The notes beneath the pieces were generated by a model. It saw only the letters and a list, made by a program, of their open reading frames with translations. It was not told where the DNA came from and made no database searches. 64,000 nucleotides of DNA. It comes from Tubulanus polymorphus (taxonomy: Eukaryota; Animalia; Nemertea). The stretch's first letter is position 1, and each line of letters opens with the position of its first letter. The translations under genes were made by a program, and so were the position numbers. The stretch spans positions 14,198,001-14,262,000 of the forward strand of contig NC_134025.1 in NCBI RefSeq assembly GCF_964204645.1. The letters run 5' to 3'. Shown piece after piece: positions 37,251 through 46,647 of this stretch.

Positions 37251-38846
37251 TTATAGACGGACGCCGGGCGCCCGGAGGACGTCCCTTCGGCAAACGCGTA
37301 TATGTGGATACTATGAAGTGTCTTCTTAACCGATTCTGACTAGCTGACAAAGTCAGAAAAAAATGACGTCACTTGACGTCCGGTTTGAAGTTCATGGGGA
37401 AATCGGAAGTAGAATTACGTCACGCTAAAATCCAGCAGTCCATTAACTAAAATAAGGCAATTTATGGATCGGGTTATTTCAGAATTGATTTATTTCATGA
37501 AATTTCGAACAAGATTGGGTCGATGAATAGTTTAACAATGAACCGCGTTGATCGAACGAGTTCGAAAATAGCTGAAATCCCCTTAGCAACGGGAGCGAAT
37601 TCATAATAAACAAACCACGCGCCGGCCGCGGCCCGGTGCCACGCGGTTCGGCGCGCAGGTTCGAATCCCGGAGAATTACGCTCTCGCGCGCGCAGCTGTC
37701 ATTCCCAGCGGCAGCAGTGAAATACACTTTTTTAATCAAAAGTAACGACCCTAAAAACTGCGGTGAGAGTCGCGTTAGAGTCGTAAAATTTCTCGGCCAG
37801 CGCGGCGGCGGATCGGCACGGCGTAGTCTCGCTCTCGAGCAGCAGCAACATCGCGGTCGGCAAAAACATTAGTCTCCGCCCCTTCTTCACCAAATAAGGA
37901 ATTCGGAACCGCTGGCCGCGTGCACTGCTTATTTTGAACCGTATTCCCGGCGGATTAGAAAGAAATGTATATTTTTCGCAAGAGAAATCACTTTTTGTAC
38001 TGACATTCGCATTTCCTGCTAATTCGAGTTTTTTCTAGCAGAAAATAATTTTCCGATTTGTACGTTTCAACGCGTATTCGATTTTTTTTCTTTTTGAAGG
38101 TAATTAAGAAATGCGTTGTAATCTTCTCATCTTCCTTTTATTTCCAAATGGAGCTAATTTCTAAATTAACTACCAGGTCAAAATTCTTCAATATTGCAAA
38201 AACCCCTCTCAGTTTCCACCATAGAAATGTCATTGGTTACATTATGGTTTCACAAAGAGTTTTAAACCATTAAAAAATGACACTTTATCTAAACCGAAAG
38301 AATAATGTTTTTAGCAGACAGTGGTACCGAGACCTGATTTATAAGAAATTTTTCAAGTTTTTTTTCTCGCAAAAATTAAAATATTAAATTTCATTTGATC
38401 TTATAATATAAGATTAAAGAATTCTGAGGTTTGATTCATTTCTGAAATTTGGGCTTATAATATATCAAGCCCAAATTTCAGAAATGAATCAAAACTTACA
38501 GTTACAGAGTTACAGTTTCATCTTCTTTCTTCCCACCCCTTAACTCGAGCATTAATTTTAAATTTTCCAAGTTTTGACTAAGAATTGATTTAATTTCTTC
38601 ATTAATTCATTGCTTTGGGTTCAACTACAGTACAATTTCAATATGAAATATTGGAGTTGATTCTCTTTCCAGTTTCATTAACAACATTTAAGTGTGCTCC
38701 TTGTCACTGACAATATTTTGAGTGTTTTCGACTTCGTTACCCCTACTTGAGGTTGTTTTCCCCAATCGCTATCATTTCTTACTATGAAAAATTGAATCAA
38801 GCTGTGACGAGGCGTCCGTCACTTAGATTTCATCTATTACATATTA
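37251..38846 (+). mobile_element. ~1.6-kb non-coding dispersed repeat, copy B
   Basis: Same ends and internal sequence as 21365-22946. Confidence 0.7.
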
Positions 38847-39007
38847 GAATGAACTGAGCTCTGAATCTGATGAAAATATTAAATCTGAGATCTTACGAAT
38901 GATGTTATTTTAGCCCTCTACTTCTGAAAACTGAATAGCGCGCTGTGAACTTCAACTTCAAAACAAATTTGTTGAACAGCAGTGTATCGAAAAACTGTAC
39001 GTACAGT

Positions 39008-39582
39008 AGTAATAGGGGTAATGGGCTTTCAGGCCAAAGGTCGAACGGTCGAGCCCATTAAAAAACAAAATATTAAAAGTAATTAAAAAACTATAATATA
39101 TTTTCATAACCGCGTGCATTTTATATCAAAACTAAATATTTATTCTAAGATATCAATAATATAAAAAGCATATTGTATTAAATCAATTAGTCGCTCCACT
39201 TCGCTACCGCTCCGCTCCGCGACTAATTGATTTAATTACAATACACAAATTCAAATAATCAAATATATTCAAATGATAATAATTATTCTATTATTCAACT
39301 GAAATGCACGCGGTTATGAAAATATATTATAGTTTTTTAATTACTTTTAATATATGTTATTAATGAACTCGATCATTAAACCTTTAGCTTGAAAGCCCAT
39401 TACCCCTATTACTCTTAAAATATTCACATAAATGAATAACATTTAAATCATTGAACTTCTAAAATCAATTTTAATAAAAAATATAGTATTAAAATGGAAG
39501 CAAATAAGTACTACTGCCCAACATGTAATATCGATATAGATAAATCCCAAAAAGCAAGACACAATAAAACTAAAACACATTT
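39008..39582 (+). repeat. Left TIR (575 bp); outer 406 nt is a fold-back palindrome
   Basis: Reverse complement of 57421-57995; one mismatch seen near the inner end. Confidence 0.95.
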
Positions 39583-39667
39583 GTTTTTAGTCCAGTTGGT
39601 TAAAGCAAAGACATTTATCGAATTAAGGAACTCAACATATAGTGAAAAATATGTTGAATCGTTATAA
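39494..39667 (+). CDS. 57-aa chimeric mini-ORF: PolB N-terminal zinc finger fused to an HNH-protein-like tail
   Basis: MEANKYYCPTCNIDIDKSQKARHNKTKTHL-FLVQLVKAKTFIELRNSTYSEKYVESL*; too short for the ORF track. Confidence 0.45.
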   Translation: MEANKYYCPTCNIDIDKSQKARHNKTKTHLFLVQLVKAKTFIELRNSTYSEKYVESL

Positions 39668-39989
39668 ACGCCTGATAATACTCAGCTATATAGTTGGTTG
39701 TATTAGCTCTAGTAAACATATGTTACCAGCTTATATTTCAATTGTAAAGAGTTAATTAATTTCATTGATCTAAATGCCTTTATTATTGATTTTTTTTTCA
39801 ACTTCAACGCGTTGTGTATACGGCGAACGTAGCAAATCACAAATCTCATAATCTACAAGTCTCAACACGCTTGTTCTAGATGTTTATACTAGAAAATGAT
39901 TCTATTTTAACCTATATACATTCAATGTACAGAGCCATAGAATAAATCTATAAATTCGCAGCTGTTACAGTTGTTACTATAACAACGAG

Positions 39990-40105
39990 ATATTATGACT
40001 CATAATATTACAAACTGTGCTGGAATATTCTAGAAAGGCGCGCCGGAACTAGATGATGTGGCATAATCAACAACGTGTCATTCTAGAAATCGCCCCGGAA
40101 ATGGA
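39990..40105 (+). promoter_or_regulatory. Cluster of AP-1, heat-shock element and ETS-like motifs
   Basis: ATGACTCAT (39995-40003), GAAtaTTCtaGAA (40023-40035), TTCtaGAA (40081-40088), two CCGGAA. Confidence 0.5.
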
Positions 40106-40407
40106 TATACGCTGTAATATTGTGCTCAGGATATTCTATCTTTCGAAACGAAATTAGGAGTTTATAGTTTACAATTATAAATCTAAATGTAAGTACTGTT
40201 TTTTGTAGTTATTGGGGCTATTAAATATGAAACCTTTAAGTGCTTTTGACAACTACAACTTCATACAGTTAATTCTATTTTACGTTAGATAGTTAATAAC
40301 TTGAACTATAATAAGTTATAATAATTAGAAACGATAGACTTGAAAATATTTATATCATATAATATCGCGGTTCCTGTTCTACCGCTGATATCTTTTAGTT
40401 GAATAAA

Positions 40408-41178
40408 ATGTCGTGTGTATCAAGAAGTACTCTTGATTCTCAGAGGACAACCGAAATAGAAGATGAACCAACCGAAATGGAAGATGAACCAACCGAAATG
40501 GAAGATGAACCAACCGAAATGGAAGATGAACCAACCGAAATGGGTGCTGAAGTAAAAGAATCTTTCGATATAGAAGATGAAACGTTAGAAGAAGTTAAAA
40601 AACATTTATATTACCATCAAGAAATGACATTAATTTTAGAAAAAATTATAGAAAACCAGCAATCAAGCGTAACATCATTACCAAAAAAGCCAACAACCAA
40701 TGTAGAAATATTGCTAAGACTAAAAGGAACAAAAATTAAAAAGAAAATGAGTGGAAATGAGTTAAATAAGTTTTTTAAATCAAAATTATCAAATGAAAAA
40801 GATGTAAGTTTTAAAGAAATAGAAGGTATAACATCATTTAATGAAATAACTGTTTTATTGAAAAAAAATTATAGAACCTTGTTATTCAAAAAAGCAAAGC
40901 ATTTATGGGATTATATCATTTTCGGGGATTGTTTAAATAGGGGATTTTTAATGTTTAATAAACAAACTGCGGGGATTCCTTGGGCTTCTTGGGTTAAAAA
41001 ATATATAGGTATCAGTGTTGGGCATGAAAGAAAATTAAGGAGCGTAGGTAGATTAATTACATATAAAAGATTCAAATTATTAAGTTTGTCATTTAGTGAA
41101 GTAATCAGATATATGCCAGAAATTGAAAAAATGCTTGTCAATGATCCAGAAATTGAAAAGTTCTGGTTGGAATTATAA
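40408..41178 (+). CDS. Putative HTH DNA-binding regulator with acidic EMEDEPT repeats
   Basis: ATG at 40408 after an acceptor-like ttttag; 21-nt tandem repeats; W..WV...IGIS...ERKLR helix-turn-helix-like pattern. Confidence 0.6.
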   Translation: MSCVSRSTLDSQRTTEIEDEPTEMEDEPTEMEDEPTEMEDEPTEMGAEVKESFDIEDETLEEVKKHLYYHQEMTLILEKIIENQQSSVTSLPKKPTTNVEILLRLKGTKIKKKMSGNELNKFFKSKLSNEKDVSFKEIEGITSFNEITVLLKKNYRTLLFKKAKHLWDYIIFGDCLNRGFLMFNKQTAGIPWASWVKKYIGISVGHERKLRSVGRLITYKRFKLLSLSFSEVIRYMPEIEKMLVNDPEIEKFWLEL

Positions 41179-41240
41179 ATCAAATTATGTACAACGACTG
41201 AACAACTTGTATAATGTATTGTGTAAATCTGTTTGGTGAA

Positions 41241-41481
41241 TTTTTATGTTCGGTCGTTTCTATTTCTAGAATGAATATATAATTATGATTAGCGCATGCG
41301 CATTGATCAAAAGCGCGCACGAATGCGCGGTTTGCTCAGTTGTATGATTTTGATATTTTCTGTGTTCGGTTGTTTCTATTTTACAGATTTACATAATGAA
41401 TATATAATTATGATTAACGCATGCGCATTAAGCAAAAGCGCGCATTCATGCGCGCTTTGCCCAGTGGTATTATTTAGATAT
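41241..41481 (+). repeat. Diverged ~120-bp tandem duplication with (G)CGCATGCGCA motifs upstream of the HNH gene
   Basis: tgttcggt.gtttctattt...aatgaatatataattatgatta.cgcatgcgcatt...aaaagcgcgca occurs twice. Confidence 0.75.
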
Positions 41482-41601
41482 CAAGGAATCGAAACTGACT
41501 TATCAAAAGCAGCGAGGAATGAAAAAGGATGACGTTAGTCGGAGAAATGGAAGAGGATTCTAAAATTATTAACCAATTTAGTAAAAAAATACGTATAATA
41601 A

Positions 41602-42264
41602 ATGGAACCAGAACAACCACAAACTATCAATATTACAAATAACACTGGCGTTATAAACATATATTACAAGAAGTGTTCTAAATGTGAATTAAATAAATCA
41701 TTAACAGAATTTAGTAAGCGTAAGATTAGCAAAGATGGTTTTCAATATTACTGTAAAACTTGCATTAAACTATATACCAAACAATATCGAGAAGATAATA
41801 GAGAATCTTATAATGATTATATGACAGAATATATGAGAGAAAGATATCAAACAGATCTTAATTTTAGATTAAAACAATGTTTACGGTCTAGATTAACACA
41901 ATTATTCAACAAAGAAACACATTCAGAAACATTAACTAATTTGTTGGGTTGTTCAGATGAATTTCTCAAATCATGGATAATATTTCAATTCGATGATAAA
42001 ATGAATATAGATAATTATGGGGATTATTACCACATTGATCACGTGTTACCAATATCTAAATTTAACATGGACGATGAATACAATAAAAAACTTATTTGGA
42101 ATTGGAAAAATTTAAGACCTTTAGAAAAGAAAGAAAATCAAATCAAATCTAATAAAATAGATTTACAGTTATATTTGAATCAACTGGAAAAAGTAAAAAA
42201 ATTTATTGAATTATGGAATTCAACACATAATGAACAATACGTTGAGTCTTTAATGAGTGGTTAA
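41602..42264 (+). CDS. HNH endonuclease with zinc ribbon (giant-virus-like)
   Basis: KKCSKC...YYCKTC; YHIDHVLPISKF...NLRPLEKKENQIKSNK. Confidence 0.82.
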   Translation: MEPEQPQTINITNNTGVINIYYKKCSKCELNKSLTEFSKRKISKDGFQYYCKTCIKLYTKQYREDNRESYNDYMTEYMRERYQTDLNFRLKQCLRSRLTQLFNKETHSETLTNLLGCSDEFLKSWIIFQFDDKMNIDNYGDYYHIDHVLPISKFNMDDEYNKKLIWNWKNLRPLEKKENQIKSNKIDLQLYLNQLEKVKKFIELWNSTHNEQYVESLMSG

Positions 42265-42512
42265 AAAATGATAGATTTTAAATAAAAAGTATTTAAAAAA
42301 CAATAACTTCAACTAGCTATCGAATTCTATTATATTTTTAATATTTTCTTTTCAAAAAGAGAATACTTTATATTTTGAATAGATCCGAATAGAAATTCTT
42401 TAAATTCAAATAGCTAGTATCAGTAGTCAATACTAGAATTCTTTAACTTTAACTAGCTAGTATCATTTTATAATACTTATAATACTATTCTTATTAAATT
42501 TCTCTAATATAA

Positions 42513-43115
42513 ATGTCAAAGAAATCTAATAAGAATAGTATTGATATTGAAAAAACATTAGATGATTTAGGTATTAGTGATAATAAGGATACAGTTGTTT
42601 CTAATTCTATTCAAGTTAATAACAATATAGATTATGAATACTACTTATATTGTAAGCATCATCTAGAACTATTGATTGCGAGTGGAAAAACTAAAGAGTT
42701 TATTGGTAAAACAATAACTTTTCAAGAATTAGATAATATGAATAAAGAAAAAGTAATAAAATATTTTAAGATTTATGAAGAGTCAAGATTAGCTAGAATA
42801 AATGATTCTATTTCAGATGGTATTGTCAAATGTTATTCTAAGTTATGTAACCAGTTAATACCAATTGATGATGAAAATAAATTATATAGTGATTTGAAAA
42901 ATGACTATTTAGTTATGACTGAATTACAAAAATGGGTTGGTTATGCTTCATTTCAATTAGGATCGGTTATGACATTAATTTCTACTGGTGTCATAACATT
43001 TTCGAACATCAAACCTATGGAATATAAATCAGGTAAGAACGAAACAGATGTACTACAACCAAACGTCGAAACAGAAGATGAATCAGAACAAAAATTAACT
43101 AAAATAAATGAGTGA
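42513..43115 (+). CDS. Polinton conserved hypothetical protein
   Basis: Intact and conserved in both copies. Confidence 0.8.
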   Translation: MSKKSNKNSIDIEKTLDDLGISDNKDTVVSNSIQVNNNIDYEYYLYCKHHLELLIASGKTKEFIGKTITFQELDNMNKEKVIKYFKIYEESRLARINDSISDGIVKCYSKLCNQLIPIDDENKLYSDLKNDYLVMTELQKWVGYASFQLGSVMTLISTGVITFSNIKPMEYKSGKNETDVLQPNVETEDESEQKLTKINE

Positions 43116-43482
43116 TGGAGTTAAGAAAAAGGCTAGATCCGAGAAACAAATTAAATGGGCAAGAGAATTAGGTAAAAGATCTTCGGAATTAAAAAAAGCT
43201 AAGAAAAAGAAATTAACTGATATAAATGAATCTGATATTAATTCAAATAATAATCCATCTGATTCTTCTAATGTTGGAAGTAATTATAAATTATATATTA
43301 CAATTGGATTAGTAACAGTTATTATATTATCCGGTGTAATATATAAATCAAAATTCAAATCTGACGATAAAGATGATTCCAATGATGATCGGAAACTTAG
43401 TTATCCGTTTACAGACAATAAACCTATCATACCAGAAAATAAATCAAATGAAACTAAATCTAAATTATTATTAATGGATTAA
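43108..43482 (+). CDS. Small basic single-TM protein
   Basis: Lys-rich N-terminus; TM segment LYITIGLVTVIILSGVIY. Confidence 0.75.
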   Translation: MSDGVKKKARSEKQIKWARELGKRSSELKKAKKKKLTDINESDINSNNNPSDSSNVGSNYKLYITIGLVTVIILSGVIYKSKFKSDDKDDSNDDRKLSYPFTDNKPIIPENKSNETKSKLLLMD

Positions 43483-43488
43483 AATAAG

Positions 43489-44574
43489 ATGAAAAAAGAA
43501 CAATATTTAAGAGCGTTATATTATAACCCAGAAAGTGAAGTTTCATATTCAAGTGTTTCGGAATTATGGGATAAAATTAAATCTGATAAAGAAAAAATAA
43601 AATATAGTGAATTAAAATCATGGTTACAAAATCAACCAACATATCAAATTCATAAAAAGATGGATAAAAAATATTTAACAAGAAAAGTAATGGTTTCATA
43701 TATTGATCAACAATGGCAAGCTGATTTAATTGATATGAAAAACTTAGAAGAATATAACAAAGGATATTTCTGGATATTAAATGTTATAGATATATTCAGT
43801 AGATACGCATGGAGTATCCCGATTAAAAATAAAACTGGTATAGAAGTTACAAATTCTTTCAAATTAATATTTAAAGAAGCTATCCCAGATAAAATACAAT
43901 TTGATGAAGGTAAAGAATTTTATAACAAACATTTCAAAAAACTATTAACTGATAACGATGTAGAATATTTTTCAACACATTCAGATAAAAAAGCATCTGT
44001 TATAGAAAGATTTAATAAAACGTTGAAAACTAGAATGTGGAAATATTTTACTGCTAATGAAACATACAAATATATCGATGTGTTAGATGATTTAGTTAAA
44101 GGTTATAATAATTCTAAACATAGTTCTATAAATATGAAACCTATACAAGCTAGAAAAGAAGAAAATTCAGAAATAGTTTGGAATAATTTATATGGAGCGT
44201 TTGTTACACATGATTTCGGTGAACCTAAATTTAAAATAGGACAACATGTTAGAATTTCTAAATATAGAAAAACATTTTATAAAGGTTATACCCCTAATTT
44301 TACAGAAGAAATATTTAAAATTAAAAAGATAATATTAACTAAACCATTTGTTTATAAATTGTTTGATTTAAAAGATGAAGAAATATTAGGTTATTTTTAT
44401 GAACAAGAATTATCATTAGTACCAAATCCAGATGAAATAGAATACAAAATAGAAAAGGTATTGAAAACAAAAACTCTTAAAGGAAAAAAGTATTCTTTGG
44501 TGAAATATAAAGGATATGATGATAAATTTAATGAATGGATTTTATCTAGTAAAATTAAAAGAATAAATGAATAA
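43489..44574 (+). CDS. Retroviral-like (rve) integrase with chromodomain, intact DDE
   Basis: WQADLIDM / IQFDEGKEF / IERFNKTLK; chromodomain ...LVKYKGYDDKFNEWI; consistent with the 6-bp TSD. Confidence 0.95.
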   Translation: MKKEQYLRALYYNPESEVSYSSVSELWDKIKSDKEKIKYSELKSWLQNQPTYQIHKKMDKKYLTRKVMVSYIDQQWQADLIDMKNLEEYNKGYFWILNVIDIFSRYAWSIPIKNKTGIEVTNSFKLIFKEAIPDKIQFDEGKEFYNKHFKKLLTDNDVEYFSTHSDKKASVIERFNKTLKTRMWKYFTANETYKYIDVLDDLVKGYNNSKHSSINMKPIQARKEENSEIVWNNLYGAFVTHDFGEPKFKIGQHVRISKYRKTFYKGYTPNFTEEIFKIKKIILTKPFVYKLFDLKDEEILGYFYEQELSLVPNPDEIEYKIEKVLKTKTLKGKKYSLVKYKGYDDKFNEWILSSKIKRINE

Positions 44575-45178
44575 AGATTTATTTATATTTGAACCACATA
44601 ATATGTTAGTTACTGGAGTTACAAATTGTGGTAAAACATATTTCATATTAGACTTGTTAGAAACTATTTATAAAAATCATTTTGATAATATAATATTATT
44701 CTGTCCTACATATGAAATGAATAAAACATATAATAGAGATATAGTTAAGATAAAAAAGTTTATTATATTAGACCCTAAAACAGTAGAAGAAAATTTAGAT
44801 AATTGTATAAAAATTGCATTAGATATTTATAAAGGATCAAATACATTATTTATTATTGATGATTGCGCAAATTTACATGATTCTAAAATTAGAGAAAGCG
44901 AGTTATGTTATTTAGCTTTCTCTGGTAGACATTTTGGGATAACAACATGGGTTTTAAATCAGAAATATAATTCAATTGTTAAAGACTTTAGGGAGAATAT
45001 AAGATTTCTAGTTTTATTCTACAACAAAGATAGAAAATCTATGCAACAATCATTAGAAGAAAATCAAATTATACCTACTGAATTACACGATGAATATATG
45101 AATAAATTAAAAAATAATAAAGGTTCAAAATTATTAATGAGATTACAATTTCCATATGAATATAAATTTATAAAATAA
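44567..45178 (+). CDS. A32/FtsK-like packaging ATPase
   Basis: GVTNCGKT, FIIDDC, GRHFGI...Q. Confidence 0.94.
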   Translation: MNKDLFIFEPHNMLVTGVTNCGKTYFILDLLETIYKNHFDNIILFCPTYEMNKTYNRDIVKIKKFIILDPKTVEENLDNCIKIALDIYKGSNTLFIIDDCANLHDSKIRESELCYLAFSGRHFGITTWVLNQKYNSIVKDFRENIRFLVLFYNKDRKSMQQSLEENQIIPTELHDEYMNKLKNNKGSKLLMRLQFPYEYKFIK

Positions 45179-45194
45179 AATCCTAATTCAAAAT

Positions 45195-45561
45195 ATTATA
45201 GAATTCACTGTATACTAATGGATGAGTGGATGAATTGGATGAATTGGATGAGTGGATGAATGGATGAGTGTAATAATATATATATTTTACTTTTTAACAC
45301 ATAAATTAGAAGAATAGTATGAGTATAAATATAATATTTATATTCTTTATTAAATTTAACACAATATATATATTATTAAAATAATATTTAAATATAGTAT
45401 AAAATTGATAAAATAACTTCAAATCAAACTCTTACTGTTTAAAAAATAAAAAACATATGTAAATTATATATTATTACACTCTTCCACTCTTCCACTCTTC
45501 CAACTCATCCAACTCATCCAACTCATCCATTCATCCATCAATATACAGTGAATTCTATAAT
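45195..45561. repeat. 367-bp inverted-repeat structure with TGGATGA(A/G)T tandem arrays at the convergent gene junction
   Basis: attatagaattcactgtata...(tggatga)n...gtgtaataatata is mirrored by tatattattacac...(tcatcca)n...tatacagtgaattctataat. Confidence 0.85.
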
Positions 45562-45571
45562 CTTTTTAATT

Positions 45572-46615
45572 TTAATTTTCATATTTTTCTTTAAGCTTAT
45601 TGTATTCTAAATATATATCCCTTTGCATTTTCTTTGGTATAATTCCTAAATAATTCTCGAGTTTATATTTATTGAATGTTTTTCTTGAAAATATTTTTGG
45701 AATATAATTTTCGATTTCAGTTTTAGATGGATGTTTATTTAAAAATTCTCTAAAATCATCATATTTAAGTTCAAATAAGTTCATTGCATAAGTTACATTT
45801 GGTTTAAAGTTATCTAACTTTTTCAATATGGTAACTTTATCATTACTCAAGAAATAATCTATAAATGTTTTTCTATACCACCGATAATCTAATATATTCT
45901 TTTTATTAAATTTTGGATTTATAACTGTTGGATTTTCTATTACATTATCTGTACCAATATGTTTAATTGAGTATTTATGATTCAATTGTTTATCATATAT
46001 TACATATTCTTTACATTTTTCACACCAAGATTTAAATACTTGTATTGCATGGGCTGAATCATTTCCACCTTTTGTTTTTAATTTATAATGTTTTGCCCAA
46101 TTAGCCTTTGTTATACATTCATTACAGAAGGCACAATAATTCTGATCCTCTTTGCATTTCTCTTTATATATATTGGCATATGTTTTTACTAATTGTAAAA
46201 TATGTTCATCTTTTTTGATGTGTAATAAATAATCATTATAATTATCAAAATCTTCTTCACAATACATACATCTGATGTTATCTTTTGGTTGAACATTTAA
46301 TTTTTCTATTTTAGGTTCAATATTATATTCTATTTTTGTTTCAATCTTATCATCATTCGATGTAGAAGGTATAACATTATCTTCTATTTTAGATTCAATA
46401 TTATCTTCTATTTTAGATTCAATATTATCTTCTATTTTATATTCAATATTATCTTCTATTTTTGTTTCAATATTCTTATCTATTTTACTTATTCTATATT
46501 TGAATTGATTAAAGTAATCTCCAAAATACTTACTGTATTCATCATAAGGTAATATATAATATATATCTGATATCATTTCACTTGGAGATTGTATTTCATA
46601 TATTCCACCTTCCAT
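45572..46615 (-). CDS. Variable-slot protein with EDNIESKI repeats and zinc fingers
   Basis: CMYCEE...HIKKDEH and YCAFCNE...H motifs; 24-nt repeats. Confidence 0.75.
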   Translation of the reverse strand: MEGGIYEIQSPSEMISDIYYILPYDEYSKYFGDYFNQFKYRISKIDKNIETKIEDNIEYKIEDNIESKIEDNIESKIEDNVIPSTSNDDKIETKIEYNIEPKIEKLNVQPKDNIRCMYCEEDFDNYNDYLLHIKKDEHILQLVKTYANIYKEKCKEDQNYCAFCNECITKANWAKHYKLKTKGGNDSAHAIQVFKSWCEKCKEYVIYDKQLNHKYSIKHIGTDNVIENPTVINPKFNKKNILDYRWYRKTFIDYFLSNDKVTILKKLDNFKPNVTYAMNLFELKYDDFREFLNKHPSKTEIENYIPKIFSRKTFNKYKLENYLGIIPKKMQRDIYLEYNKLKEKYEN

Positions 46616-46647
46616 TTATTATATATATTTTTATTAAAGTTAAAATT

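Noticed and set aside
40176-40181. TATAAA as the TATA box of the 40408 gene
   Set aside because: It is only 7 nt upstream of the putative splice donor, too close to serve that transcript, and such hexamers are common in this AT-rich DNA.
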